Of a stretch of 64,000 bases of DNA, positions 17,812 through 27,693 are shown piece after piece (within the stretch, counting starts at the first letter, position 1; each line of letters opens with the position of its first letter). Source of the DNA: an uncultured Candidatus Bathyarchaeia archaeon (GTDB lineage: Archaea > Thermoproteota > Bathyarchaeia > 40CM-2-53-6 > DTDX01); NCBI GenBank assembly GCA_964608455.1, contig CAZSNM010000004.1, forward strand, positions 1,623 to 65,622. The letters run 5' to 3'. The position numbers and the translations under genes are program-made. The notes below the pieces were generated by a model, which ran no database searches, was not told the origin of the DNA, and saw only the letters and a program-made list of their open reading frames with translations.

Positions 17812-18177
17812 TTATATTTTATTTAAAACTTCCTTAATCTTAGTTAAATTTTCAATTGAATAATCCGGTTCAGTAGTCATAGTTAATATTCCTTTAGAAA
17901 AGGGAATTATGAAAAGATTTACTTTTTTAAATTTCGTCAAGAAATGCTCGATTTCCCCAAAGTATTCTTTTAGTTTTTCAAAAATACCAGTAACTATGAG
18001 AGCTCTTAACTCTCCTATTTCTATATCAACATTGTTTGGACTGTAAGATTTAACACCTTCTCGCATAGAATAAAAAACCAGTTTGTTTTCGATTGTAAAG
18101 GCAACAAACCTTATTTTCTCATTTAAATTAAAAATTTCTTTTGCTCTTTTTTCAATTTCATCTTTATTTAAAACCAT
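17812..18177 (-). CDS. Hypothetical protein, 121 aa
   Basis: Clean ORF with its own flanking intergenic regions. I recognise no motif. Confidence 0.4.
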   Translation of the reverse strand: MVLNKDEIEKRAKEIFNLNEKIRFVAFTIENKLVFYSMREGVKSYSPNNVDIEIGELRALIVTGIFEKLKEYFGEIEHFLTKFKKVNLFIIPFSKGILTMTTEPDYSIENLTKIKEVLNKI

Positions 18178-18340
18178 TTTTCTTCAACCCATAAATCATT
18201 TAAATAAATAAAAATTCAAAAGGCATATTACTTTTTACAATTTAAAACAATTTAAATTTTTTCATTAAATGTTTCTTTTAGGAAAATTACACCAAAAAAT
18301 TTATGGTTGGCATTAAATTATAGTTTTATTGTGAAAAATT

Positions 18341-19610
18341 TTGATTTATAAACCTGAAGAGTTAAGAGTTATAATTCCTGTTGGAGGTTTAGCTAAAAGG
18401 CTTATGCCTTTAACTGCTGAAACATCTAAAGCTTTAATAAGACTTGTTAACATGCCTTTAATTGAAATTGCAATGCTTGGACTTGCAAAGCAAGGCGTTA
18501 AACACTTTATATTTGGTGTTAAAGGCTATAGAAACTTTAGGGATTTATTTGATTATTTTCAAGAAGGTTATGGTTTTTCAGCTAAATATAACATTCAACC
18601 TAGGGTTCATATAAAATATCAACCGAATATTGAAGATTATGGTAGCGCAGATTCAGTTAGAATAAACCTAGAATACTATGATGTAAAAGATCCCATGTTT
18701 GCAGTTCAAGGAGATAACATATTTGATTTAGATTTAAAACATCTTTTAGAATTTCATGAAGAAAAAAATGGTATAGCCACTATCTGCTTAAAAAAAGTTT
18801 CAGATGTGGAAGGTTATGGAATAGCTGAGATAGATGATAATATGTTAATTCGAAGGTTTGTTGAGAAACCTAAAAAAACCGAAGCCCCAAGCAACCTTGC
18901 TAATACAGGATTGTATTTTTTTCTCTCCTGAAGTTAGAAAAGTTTTACAAAGCGAATGGGTTTATAAAACTATTGCATCACAAAAAAGATTGGATTTTGG
19001 CTATGATTTTATTCCTTACCTAATTCAATCAGGTTATAGAGTTTATGGGTATATAATTGAAAAGGGTTGGTATGATGTGGGTACACCTGAACGATATTTA
19101 AACGCTATGTATGATATTTTAAATGGTCGATTAGAATGTTTAAAGGAATTTGATGAGAGGGTCTTTCCTGATAAGCGAATTTGGATTCAAGGTAAAAGCC
19201 CGGAATCAATCACTAGAAAAAACAAGATAATTGAAATGGTTAAAAAAGGAAAAATAGAATTGGAGGAGCCTGTGCTTATAGGAAGACATTGTCAAATAGA
19301 GGAGGGTGTTAAAATTTCAAATTCTTGCATTGATAATTATACACGAATAGGAAAAGGCTCTATCATTAAAGATTCAGCAATTATGGATAGAACCTATATA
19401 GGTGAAAATACTGAAATAAATAAAAGCATAATTGGTCGACATACAACAATCATGTCTACTCGTCGTAAACAAACTAAAATAACATCTGTATCTGTTGTGG
19501 CAGACAATGTTTACATTAATGCTGGTTGCATTTTGAAAAATGCAAAAGTTTATCCACATTTAAAACTGATTGAAAACATATATGAAGGGGAAGTTTTAAG
19601 TTCTAAATAA
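18341..19610 (+). pseudogene. Sugar-1-phosphate nucleotidyltransferase (N-terminal NTP-transferase plus C-terminal left-handed beta-helix), interrupted by a frameshift
   Basis: The two track ORFs (18341-18931 and 18858-19610) are collinear halves of one protein. The first begins IIPVGGLAKRLMPLT (GxGxRL-type motif) and ends NTGLYFFLS*. The second continues FFSPEV. The frames join if one T is removed from the T7 run at 18916-18922. Confidence 0.75.
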
Positions 19611-19627
19611 AAGGAAGTGCTTAATTA

Positions 19628-20671
19628 TTGAAAATTAAATTTGAAAAGTATTCTCAAACAGCTTATTTATTAACACCACCAGATTTTCAAGAAGTCTCTC
19701 AAGAAATTGAAATTAGAAAAGATCCTTTAACAGGAAAATTATGCAGAATAAATGTTAATCGTGCTAAAAGACCTAAGCAAATTCCATCATCCACATCTGA
19801 AATTCTCAAGATTATTCAAGAATCCAAAGTAAACTGCTTTTTTTGTCAAGAAAATATTGAAAGATTAACTCCAAGTTTTCCAAGAAACTTTCCAAAAAAA
19901 ATAAATGTTGAGGAAGCTGTTGTTTTTCCAAATCTTTATCCTTATGGCGCATTTCACATTGTTGGTGTATTTTCAACAAAGCATCATTATTTTGAATTAA
20001 ACCAATTTGACTCAAAACTTATTGAAAACTGTTTTAAAGCTTGTTTAATATATTTTAATTTAGTTTACAAACATTTTTCAGAAGCTAAATACTGGTGGAT
20101 TGGTTGGAATCATATGCCTTCAGGAGCAGCAAGTATCATTCATCCTCATATTCAAGCTTTAGCCGATTCAAAACCAACACTTTATCTAAAAGAACTTTTA
20201 ACTTTAAGCAAAATTTACTATGAGAAAAATAGAAGTAATTATTGGTTAGATCTTATTGAAACAGAAAAAGAGCTTAATGAAAGATTTATCGGAGAAACAG
20301 GATCGATAAAATGGTTTGCCAGTTTTGCTCCTCAAGGCAATAAAGAAATTTTGGGAATTTCATCAAAAAAATCTTCTTTAGCTCATTTTACTGAAGTAGA
20401 ATTAACTGAACTTTGCGAGGGTTTATCAAAAATTTTAAGAGGTTATCATTCGATTGGAGTTAAAAGCTTTACTTTAAGCATTTTTTCAGGTCCATGCGAT
20501 GAAGATTTAAGCAGCTTTTACCTTTTTAATTTAAGGCTTATTTCAAGACCGAATCCATCTCCATTTTACACAAATGATGATGGCTTTATGGAAAAGCTTC
20601 ATCAAGAACCAGTAATAGATACACTTCCTGAGGATTTAACTATTGATTTAAAGCGTTTCCTTAAAATTTAA
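19628..20671 (+). CDS. galT: Galactose-1-phosphate uridylyltransferase (GalT)-like nucleotidyltransferase/phosphorylase
   Basis: HIT-like active-site motif IIHPHIQA and an N-terminal Cys cluster (CFFC). TTG start. Confidence 0.65.
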   Translation: MKIKFEKYSQTAYLLTPPDFQEVSQEIEIRKDPLTGKLCRINVNRAKRPKQIPSSTSEILKIIQESKVNCFFCQENIERLTPSFPRNFPKKINVEEAVVFPNLYPYGAFHIVGVFSTKHHYFELNQFDSKLIENCFKACLIYFNLVYKHFSEAKYWWIGWNHMPSGAASIIHPHIQALADSKPTLYLKELLTLSKIYYEKNRSNYWLDLIETEKELNERFIGETGSIKWFASFAPQGNKEILGISSKKSSLAHFTEVELTELCEGLSKILRGYHSIGVKSFTLSIFSGPCDEDLSSFYLFNLRLISRPNPSPFYTNDDGFMEKLHQEPVIDTLPEDLTIDLKRFLKI

Positions 20672-20688
20672 AAATTAAGGGAATTGCT

Positions 20689-22680
20689 TTGAACGATGAG
20701 GAATGGATTTTAGATCCATATGAAAATCCTGATTGGGGATATGCAAGAAATAAACAATTACTTCTTAAAACTTTTTATGCTGAATTTTCCTCCTCAATCT
20801 TTTCAACAATTATAAATGTTGATAACTTAAATTTTTATGGTGGAAATAGAGATTACTCTTGGCAAGGTTTAATTATAGGCCCCATCAATAACGTTCTTTA
20901 TAAAATTATTGACGGCATATATTATTCCATAGATAAAATTTTAAAAGCTGAAAAAGTTATTTTTAAACCTGGAGAATACACATATGTATATAGTTGTAAT
21001 AACGAAAATAAAATTTTTTCAGTTAAAATCATCTTAGATGGCTTTAAAACTTATGTAGTGCTTAAAGCTTTAGCTAATGAACCATGCTGGTTTACTATTC
21101 TACTTGATTTTAGACCTGCAGAAAAATGGTCTGAAGGAAAATACTCAATAAACTTTTTAAACAATAAGGTGATTGTTGAAAATTCAATTACTCCATTAAA
21201 ACTTATTATAAATGGTTTTGATAAAGCTTATCCTTTAAATTTAATTTTAAATTGGCGTTATAAACTTGGTGATGGATTCCGTCAAGTTAAAAATGGTATA
21301 GGTTTTATAGAGCATTATCGTCCAGTTTATTTACCAGCCATATTTTATTCCTCAACCGGCTTTCTCGAAATGAAAGTCCCTTTACCAATCCATAATACAG
21401 TTGAACTTGCAAATTTTAAAAAAGAAAAGTTAAACTTTAATTTTGGAGACACCTACATTGGTAAAGCTCTTAGGTTGCGTTTAGAAACCTTATTTTCACA
21501 TGGGTTAATTATTAACAATCTTTGGTTTCCTGAAGCTGGAGCTTGGTGGTTTAGAAAAGCCTGGATTAGAGATGCTCTTGAAGGGTTAAGATGGAACATT
21601 AAAACTTATATTCAATTTTTCAACTGGTCAAGCAAAATTATTTTTTTAATTCAAAATTTACTTAATACTCTTAAATCATTGCTTGGATTACCGATAATTT
21701 TTAATGATTCTTCAAATTTTTCAAGTGATTCTCCCCCTCAATTATTAAATGTTGCTTGTGATTTAGCTTCGCTTTTAAAATGCAAAAATTTATTTTTAAA
21801 AATTGTTAAAACAGCAAGTTTTATTGCTGAAAGATTTGTTAAAGGATTAAATATTTCAGAAACAATTCTTAAGGACTCAATTTTATGTTCTTCAAGCAAT
21901 TCTTCATGGATTGATTCAATAGTAACTATTAATGGGAAAAAATGGCCTTTAAGGCTTCCTGTTGAGTGGAGTGAAAAAGGAGTAAATCCTTTTGAAAATG
22001 AATTTGGGCTTGTAGAGGTTAACGCATTTTATATTGAAGCCTTTAAAAAAATATTAGTTCTTTGTGAAAAATTTAATGTTCATAAACCTGAATGCATTAA
22101 AGAACTTTTAAAAATTCTTTTAGACGGATTTCTTAAATTTTTTAAGAGATCATCTTCTCTACCAGTTTTAACTGTGTCACCTTTATATAATCTTTCAGAT
22201 CATACCTTAAGCTCACCAAGTTTAATTGCTTCTTCAATATTGGCCAATATAGTTTATGATAATAAAGAATTAAATCAAATATGGGATTTAACCTCAAAAA
22301 AACTATTAGTTTATAGACGGCTTATTGCTTTAGGTAAAGAATGGCAACCTTTTGGTGTTATTGTTAAACTTACTGAATTAAAACCTTACCTTAATGATTT
22401 TGAATATCATGCTGCTGTTGTTTGGCCTAGAGATACACCATATTTAATAAAACTTTTAGAAAAACTTGGTTTAGAAGTTAAAGGCCTTCTTTTAAGCAAT
22501 TTGGATCATATGCTTGTTGAAGGAGTTTTTGGCTATTGCAATGAGCTTTTTAGTTTACCAATAGGTAAAAATCCATTCTTAACATTTGAATCAAATAATC
22601 CTGTTCCAGTTAAGAATCCAGCTCAATACTGGAGTCACTGGTGTGATCCATATATTGAGCATTTAAATGAGCTTCTTTAA
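20689..22680 (+). CDS. Archaeal glycogen debranching enzyme-like (amylo-alpha-1,6-glucosidase, GDE_C-type alpha/alpha toroid)
   Basis: Segments AWWFRKAWIRDALEGL and YHAAVVWPRDTPYL are typical of GDE_C family proteins. Sits in a glycogen gene context. Confidence 0.55.
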   Translation: MNDEEWILDPYENPDWGYARNKQLLLKTFYAEFSSSIFSTIINVDNLNFYGGNRDYSWQGLIIGPINNVLYKIIDGIYYSIDKILKAEKVIFKPGEYTYVYSCNNENKIFSVKIILDGFKTYVVLKALANEPCWFTILLDFRPAEKWSEGKYSINFLNNKVIVENSITPLKLIINGFDKAYPLNLILNWRYKLGDGFRQVKNGIGFIEHYRPVYLPAIFYSSTGFLEMKVPLPIHNTVELANFKKEKLNFNFGDTYIGKALRLRLETLFSHGLIINNLWFPEAGAWWFRKAWIRDALEGLRWNIKTYIQFFNWSSKIIFLIQNLLNTLKSLLGLPIIFNDSSNFSSDSPPQLLNVACDLASLLKCKNLFLKIVKTASFIAERFVKGLNISETILKDSILCSSSNSSWIDSIVTINGKKWPLRLPVEWSEKGVNPFENEFGLVEVNAFYIEAFKKILVLCEKFNVHKPECIKELLKILLDGFLKFFKRSSSLPVLTVSPLYNLSDHTLSSPSLIASSILANIVYDNKELNQIWDLTSKKLLVYRRLIALGKEWQPFGVIVKLTELKPYLNDFEYHAAVVWPRDTPYLIKLLEKLGLEVKGLLLSNLDHMLVEGVFGYCNELFSLPIGKNPFLTFESNNPVPVKNPAQYWSHWCDPYIEHLNELL

Positions 22681-22748
22681 AGTTCTATATTTATGGAAAA
22701 ATTTATTTACTTGTTAAAGCTAAAAATATAAATTAAAGGGAAATCCTT

Positions 22749-23180
22749 ATGAATTTTTACTCTCTTCTAAAAAAGTTTAGAGAATTTCATAAAAATAGGA
22801 AAGATTGGGAAATTGGTGAAGAAGGAGATTGGGTTAAAGATAAAGAAGGTTACCATGCTATAATTTGGAACAGAAACTTAAAATCTTGCACAATTCAATC
22901 TATGGTTAAATGCGGAAAAATATCTATTAGAAAAGGAGATTATTGGTTTATTGAAAATGTTAAATCAATGATTTTTCTATCAGAAAATATTCCTGATGAA
23001 ATTTTAAATGAAGTTAATGAATCTAAATGGTTAAAAAGTAAAATTGTGATTTTCGATATAGCTAGAGGATTAAAAATTGGTATGGAAAATAATATTTCTA
23101 ATGAATTAGAAAACTTTTTGTTTAAAGAAACCGGAAAAAAGATGAAAAATATAAAAAAATTTGAGTTAAATATGGTTTAA
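22749..23180 (+). CDS. Hypothetical protein, 143 aa
   Basis: ORF only. Embedded in the glucan cluster and flanked by about 70- and 170-bp spacers. Confidence 0.35.
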   Translation: MNFYSLLKKFREFHKNRKDWEIGEEGDWVKDKEGYHAIIWNRNLKSCTIQSMVKCGKISIRKGDYWFIENVKSMIFLSENIPDEILNEVNESKWLKSKIVIFDIARGLKIGMENNISNELENFLFKETGKKMKNIKKFELNMV

Positions 23181-23350
23181 ACTATTTTTAATATATTTTA
23201 ATATACTTGCATTCTAAACTTTTAGGTTTCCCTGTAGATTTAAATATTAAGATTAATGAAAGTTAACTTTCATTAAACAAATGATAAAAAGTTTTAAATC
23301 AAAAGCTATTAAATTTTGTTCCTATTAAGAAAAAGGAAAGGGTTTAATAT

Positions 23351-24589
23351 ATGCGAATAATTTTTCTAGCTTGGGAGTATCCTCCAGTTTTAGTTGGCGG
23401 TTTAGGAACTTATGCTGAAAATATTACTAGAAAGTTTGTTGAACTAGGACATGATGTTACAGTATTTTCTTTAAATAATGGAAACTTACCAACTAGAGAG
23501 GTTATTAAAGGAGTTGAGGTTCATAGACCCCTTCTTACAAATGCATCAAGTATATTTCCCCTTCTTTCTAAAGATTTAGAAAATTGGGGCGTAAACATAA
23601 AGTTTTTTAATGATTTTTTTCTTTATAATATTTTATCAGCCTCCAAGCTTATTAATGATTTAGTTAAAAAACAAAATTATAGTTATGACATTGTTTGTTT
23701 TCATGACTGGCTTAATAGCATAGCTGGAATAATCATTAAAAATGAACTTAAAATTCCAGGAGTTTTCCATGTTCATTCAACCGAATGGGGTAGAAGTGGA
23801 GATGGCTCCGAAATAATTAAATCTTTAGAAAGAAAAGCAGCAAATGAAGCAGATGGTATTATTACCGTTAGTTATGCTATGAAGGAAGATTTAACTCGTC
23901 ATGGTTGGCCTGAGGGAAAAATTGATGTTGTTTGGAATGGAGTTGATCCTGAAAAATATAATCCTGAAAAATGTAAAATTGAGGAAATTGAAGCTTTAAG
24001 AAACAGATATAACGTTAAAAAAGATGAGAACTTAATTTTATTCATTGGACGTTTAACTTGGGTTAAAGGTGTTCGAAATTTAATTCAAGCTATGCCATAT
24101 GTTTTAAGTAAGCATCCAAATACTAAACTCGTTATTTTAGGAAGAGGAGAAGAACAAAAGGATATTGTTGACTTAGCTTTAAGATTAAATATAGCTGATA
24201 AAGTTTATTACAGATTTGAATTTGTTCCTGAAACTGAAAGAATTCTTCATTATGCAGCTTCAGATTTATGCGTTTTTCCATCAATTTATGAGCCATTTGG
24301 CATAGTAAGCCTTGAAGCGATGGCTATGGAGAAACCCATAGTTGTAGGGGCTAGAGGCGTAGTAGGGTTTAGAGAGCAAGTTGTTCCTTCAGGTCCAGAG
24401 CAAAATGGAATTCATGTAAATGGAAACGATCCTACGGATATTGCTTGGGGAATAAATGAAGTTTTAGCCGATAAAGAAAGAGCTAAAATATGGGGAATAA
24501 ACGGTAGAAAAAGAGTTCTTAAATATTTCACATGGGATAAAGTTGCTGAACAAACAATAAAATATTATGAATCTATTCTGGTGAAGTAA
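23351..24589 (+). CDS. GT-B glycosyltransferase, glycogen-synthase-like (GT4/GT5)
   Basis: N-terminus LAWEYPPVLVGGLGTY, FHDW, HSTEWGRSGDG, and the E-x7-E region YEPFGIVSLEAMAMEKP. Confidence 0.7.
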   Translation: MRIIFLAWEYPPVLVGGLGTYAENITRKFVELGHDVTVFSLNNGNLPTREVIKGVEVHRPLLTNASSIFPLLSKDLENWGVNIKFFNDFFLYNILSASKLINDLVKKQNYSYDIVCFHDWLNSIAGIIIKNELKIPGVFHVHSTEWGRSGDGSEIIKSLERKAANEADGIITVSYAMKEDLTRHGWPEGKIDVVWNGVDPEKYNPEKCKIEEIEALRNRYNVKKDENLILFIGRLTWVKGVRNLIQAMPYVLSKHPNTKLVILGRGEEQKDIVDLALRLNIADKVYYRFEFVPETERILHYAASDLCVFPSIYEPFGIVSLEAMAMEKPIVVGARGVVGFREQVVPSGPEQNGIHVNGNDPTDIAWGINEVLADKERAKIWGINGRKRVLKYFTWDKVAEQTIKYYESILVK

Positions 24590-24592
24590 AAG

Positions 24593-26134
24593 GTGCCGGA
24601 CATATGTTTTTGCTTCGAAGTCCATCAACCTTACAGATTAAACAGTAATTTTAATAAGGCTTTAACTAAAAATAAAAGATTTGAAGAATTATTTGACATC
24701 TATTTCGATAATGAATGGAATAAAACTATTTTAAAAAGAGTTGCTGAAAAATGCTATATTCCTGCCACAGAGTTAATTCTAGAAAACATTGATAAATTCA
24801 AACAAGAAAAGAAAAAATTTAAAGTTTCATTTAGCCTTTCAGGAGTTTTAATTGAGCAATTAGAAAGATGGATGCCTAAAGTTTTAGATTTATTTAAGCA
24901 ACTTATTAAAACAGGTTGTGTAGAACTTCTTAATCAAACCTATTATCATTCACTTTCAAGCTTGTTTCAAACTAAACAAGAATTTATAGAGCAAATCATC
25001 CTTCATAAATCTTTAATCAAGGATTTATTTAATTATGAATCTAAAATATTTGAAAATACAGAATTTATATATAATAACTCTATTGCGAAAACACTTGAGA
25101 AGCTCGGTTTTAAAGGTGTCTTTACAGAAGGTGCTGAAAGAATCTTGTTATGGAGATCTCCTAATTACATTTACAAAGCAAAGGAAACTAACTTGCTTTT
25201 GCTTTTAAGAAATAGTAGACTTTCAGATGATATAGCATTTAGGTTTTCATCTAGAAATTGGATTGAATGGCCTTTAACAGCTGATAAATATACTGCTTGG
25301 CTTTCAGCTACTCCTGGGCAATGCATAAATATTTTTATTGATTATGAAACTTTTGGTGAACATCAATGGAAAGAAACTGGCATATTTGAATTTCTTAAAT
25401 GGTTACCAATTGAAGCCTTAAAATATGAAAATTTAGAATTTAAAACTCCATCAGAGCTTATATCATTTCATAAACCTGTTGATGAAATAGATGTTCATGA
25501 TTTTAATACTGTTTCATGGGCTGATACTGAAAGAAGCACAAATGCTTGGCTTGGTAATGAAATGCAAAAAACATCTTTTAATGCTTTAGTTAAGCTTGAA
25601 CCTTATGTAAAAAAAACTATGAAGAAAGATATTATTAAATTATGGAGATTACTTCAAATAAGCGATCATCTTTATTATATGTATAATAAACCTGACGCTT
25701 CAGGAATTGTTCATGGTTATTTTAGTCAACAACCTCCAGTAAAAGTTTTTTGGAATTTTATAACTATTCTATCTGATTTTTATGAGAAAGTAGCTGAAAA
25801 TCTCAATGAGCCTGAAAAAACCTTTTTGAAGTTTCTTAGAGTTGTACCTCCAGAAGAGGCATTTCATTTTCATGAAAATGGAAAATATATTAATCTTTCA
25901 GCTCATAGTCTTGAAGAATTTAAAAACATGCTTTTATTCGCCTCAAATTACTCAATTTTATTTCATACTGCATGTAAGCATTTTGAAAAATGGATTAAAA
26001 ATGTTATAGGTGATCAAGAGTTAGCAGATAAGCTTAATAAAATTGAAGGAAATAGTGTAGAGGAACTTAGACAAAACCTATATAAATGTGTTAATGAAAG
26101 GTTAACTCAAATTTCAACTATAAAAAATATTTAA
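24593..26134 (+). CDS. GH57 family alpha-amylase / 4-alpha-glucanotransferase-like
   Basis: The N-terminus CFCFEVHQPYRL is the GH57 region I signature, and it continues with IDYETFGEH. GTG start 3 nt after the preceding stop. Confidence 0.8.
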   Translation: MPDICFCFEVHQPYRLNSNFNKALTKNKRFEELFDIYFDNEWNKTILKRVAEKCYIPATELILENIDKFKQEKKKFKVSFSLSGVLIEQLERWMPKVLDLFKQLIKTGCVELLNQTYYHSLSSLFQTKQEFIEQIILHKSLIKDLFNYESKIFENTEFIYNNSIAKTLEKLGFKGVFTEGAERILLWRSPNYIYKAKETNLLLLLRNSRLSDDIAFRFSSRNWIEWPLTADKYTAWLSATPGQCINIFIDYETFGEHQWKETGIFEFLKWLPIEALKYENLEFKTPSELISFHKPVDEIDVHDFNTVSWADTERSTNAWLGNEMQKTSFNALVKLEPYVKKTMKKDIIKLWRLLQISDHLYYMYNKPDASGIVHGYFSQQPPVKVFWNFITILSDFYEKVAENLNEPEKTFLKFLRVVPPEEAFHFHENGKYINLSAHSLEEFKNMLLFASNYSILFHTACKHFEKWIKNVIGDQELADKLNKIEGNSVEELRQNLYKCVNERLTQISTIKNI

Positions 26135-26246
26135 GGCTTTTAATTCATTCATTATCCTTCATAATTTTTGCAATAAAAATTTAAAAATTATAATCTTAAT
26201 GCTTTCTATAATAGAAGAAAAAATTTATATCTTTTGATCATATTAA

Positions 26247-26474
26247 ATGAAATTTAAGGGAATAATAATGAAGCCTGAAGAAGTGTTTGGAGTTAATGCT
26301 GGAAAAGTTTGGAATGTTTTAAATGAAACTCAAAAACCTCTTTCAGCAACTGAAATAATGAAGAAAACTGGTTTAAAAAGAGATGAAGTATTTGCTGCTT
26401 TAGGTTGGCTAGGTAGAGAAGGAAAGATAGAAATTATAAAAGAAAAAGAAAAGCTTTTTTATAAACTGGTATAG
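26247..26474 (+). CDS. Small winged-helix protein (DUF2582-like)
   Basis: 75 aa; KVWNVLNE...LSATEIMKKTGLKRDEVFAALGWLGREGKI looks like a wHTH. Located 3 nt upstream of the second glycogen-synthase-like gene. Confidence 0.5.
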   Translation: MKFKGIIMKPEEVFGVNAGKVWNVLNETQKPLSATEIMKKTGLKRDEVFAALGWLGREGKIEIIKEKEKLFYKLV

Positions 26475-26477
26475 AAG

Positions 26478-27647
26478 TTGAGAATAGCTATTCTTTCATG
26501 GGAATCTTTATATACTATTCAAGTTGGAGGTTTAGCTGTAGCTGCAACAAGACTTGCTGAAGAATTAGCTAAAGAAGGTCATGAGGTTTATTTTTTTACT
26601 AGAAGAGCTCCCGGTCAACCGCAATATATGACTATAAACAATGTTCATTATTATACATGCGTTTTCGATCCAGGTCGAAACAGTTTATCTTTTGCTTATA
26701 ATATGTCTAAAGCTATGGTTTCAGGCGTGCATGAAATTGAAAAGTATGAAGGAGAATTTGATATAATTCATGGTCATGATTGGCTTGTGGTTGATGCCTT
26801 GCATGAGTTAAAAAATGAAGGAAAATCCATAATTCTTACTTATCATTCAACAGAATATGGTCGTAATGGTGGTATGTTTGGAGATTGGTGGGAATTTAAA
26901 GAAATCTCAGGAAAAGAATGGTATGGTGGATATATAGCTAATAAAGTGACTACTGTTTCAAACTATATGAAAAATGAGTTGCATTGGCTTTATAAGATTC
27001 CCTTAGATAAAATAGAAGTCATTCCAAATGGAATTGAACCCTCAAGTATAAAATTAAATGTTGATCCTGGTAAAGTAAAGGAAAAGTATGGGATTCATCC
27101 TTTAGCGCCAGTTGTGCAATTTATAGGAAGATTAGAGTATCAAAAGGGACCGGATCTTTTAGTTGAAGCCATACCAAAAATTTTAGCTAATAGATGGGAT
27201 GTAAAATTTATTTTTGCAGGGCAAGGTTCGATGAAAAACTATTTGGAAAAAAGGGTTCAAGAATTAAATGTAGCTCACGTTGTTAGATTTTTAGGTTTTG
27301 CGCCTCATTGGGAGTTTTTAGAACTTCTTAATGCATGCGATATTGTTTGTCTTCCAAGCAGAAATGAACCTTTTGGAATAGCATTGCTTGAAGCTTGGGC
27401 AGCTGAAAAGCCAGTTGTTGCTACTGATGTGGGGGGTTTAGGAGAAAACATAGATAATTTTATTAATGGAGTAAAAGTTTATGTTGATCCCAATTCAGTT
27501 GCATGGGGAATAAACTATCTTCTTAATTCTCCAGAGGAAATGCGTAAGATAGCTTTAGAAGGTTCAAGGAAAGTATTAAAATTTAGTTGGAAAAACATTA
27601 TAAATAAATTAATTAATGTTTACAATGTGGTTTTAAAATTAAAATAA
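26478..27647 (+). CDS. glgA: Glycogen synthase-like GT-B glycosyltransferase
   Basis: LSWESLYTIQVGGLAVA, HGHDW, HSTEYGRNGG and NEPFGIALLEAWAAEKPVVATDVGGL. Paralog of the 23351 gene. Confidence 0.75.
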   Translation: MRIAILSWESLYTIQVGGLAVAATRLAEELAKEGHEVYFFTRRAPGQPQYMTINNVHYYTCVFDPGRNSLSFAYNMSKAMVSGVHEIEKYEGEFDIIHGHDWLVVDALHELKNEGKSIILTYHSTEYGRNGGMFGDWWEFKEISGKEWYGGYIANKVTTVSNYMKNELHWLYKIPLDKIEVIPNGIEPSSIKLNVDPGKVKEKYGIHPLAPVVQFIGRLEYQKGPDLLVEAIPKILANRWDVKFIFAGQGSMKNYLEKRVQELNVAHVVRFLGFAPHWEFLELLNACDIVCLPSRNEPFGIALLEAWAAEKPVVATDVGGLGENIDNFINGVKVYVDPNSVAWGINYLLNSPEEMRKIALEGSRKVLKFSWKNIINKLINVYNVVLKLK

Positions 27648-27693
27648 AACCTAAATCAAAATTAATTTATTTAAACTATGGGGGTTTTATATT

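Noticed and set aside
18916-18922. Programmed ribosomal frameshift at the T7 run in the nucleotidyltransferase gene
   Set aside because: Restoring the protein requires skipping one base (+1). I see no downstream stimulatory structure or rare-codon pause. An indel or a homopolymer miscall is more parsimonious. It is kept as a finding to be checked, not claimed as recoding.
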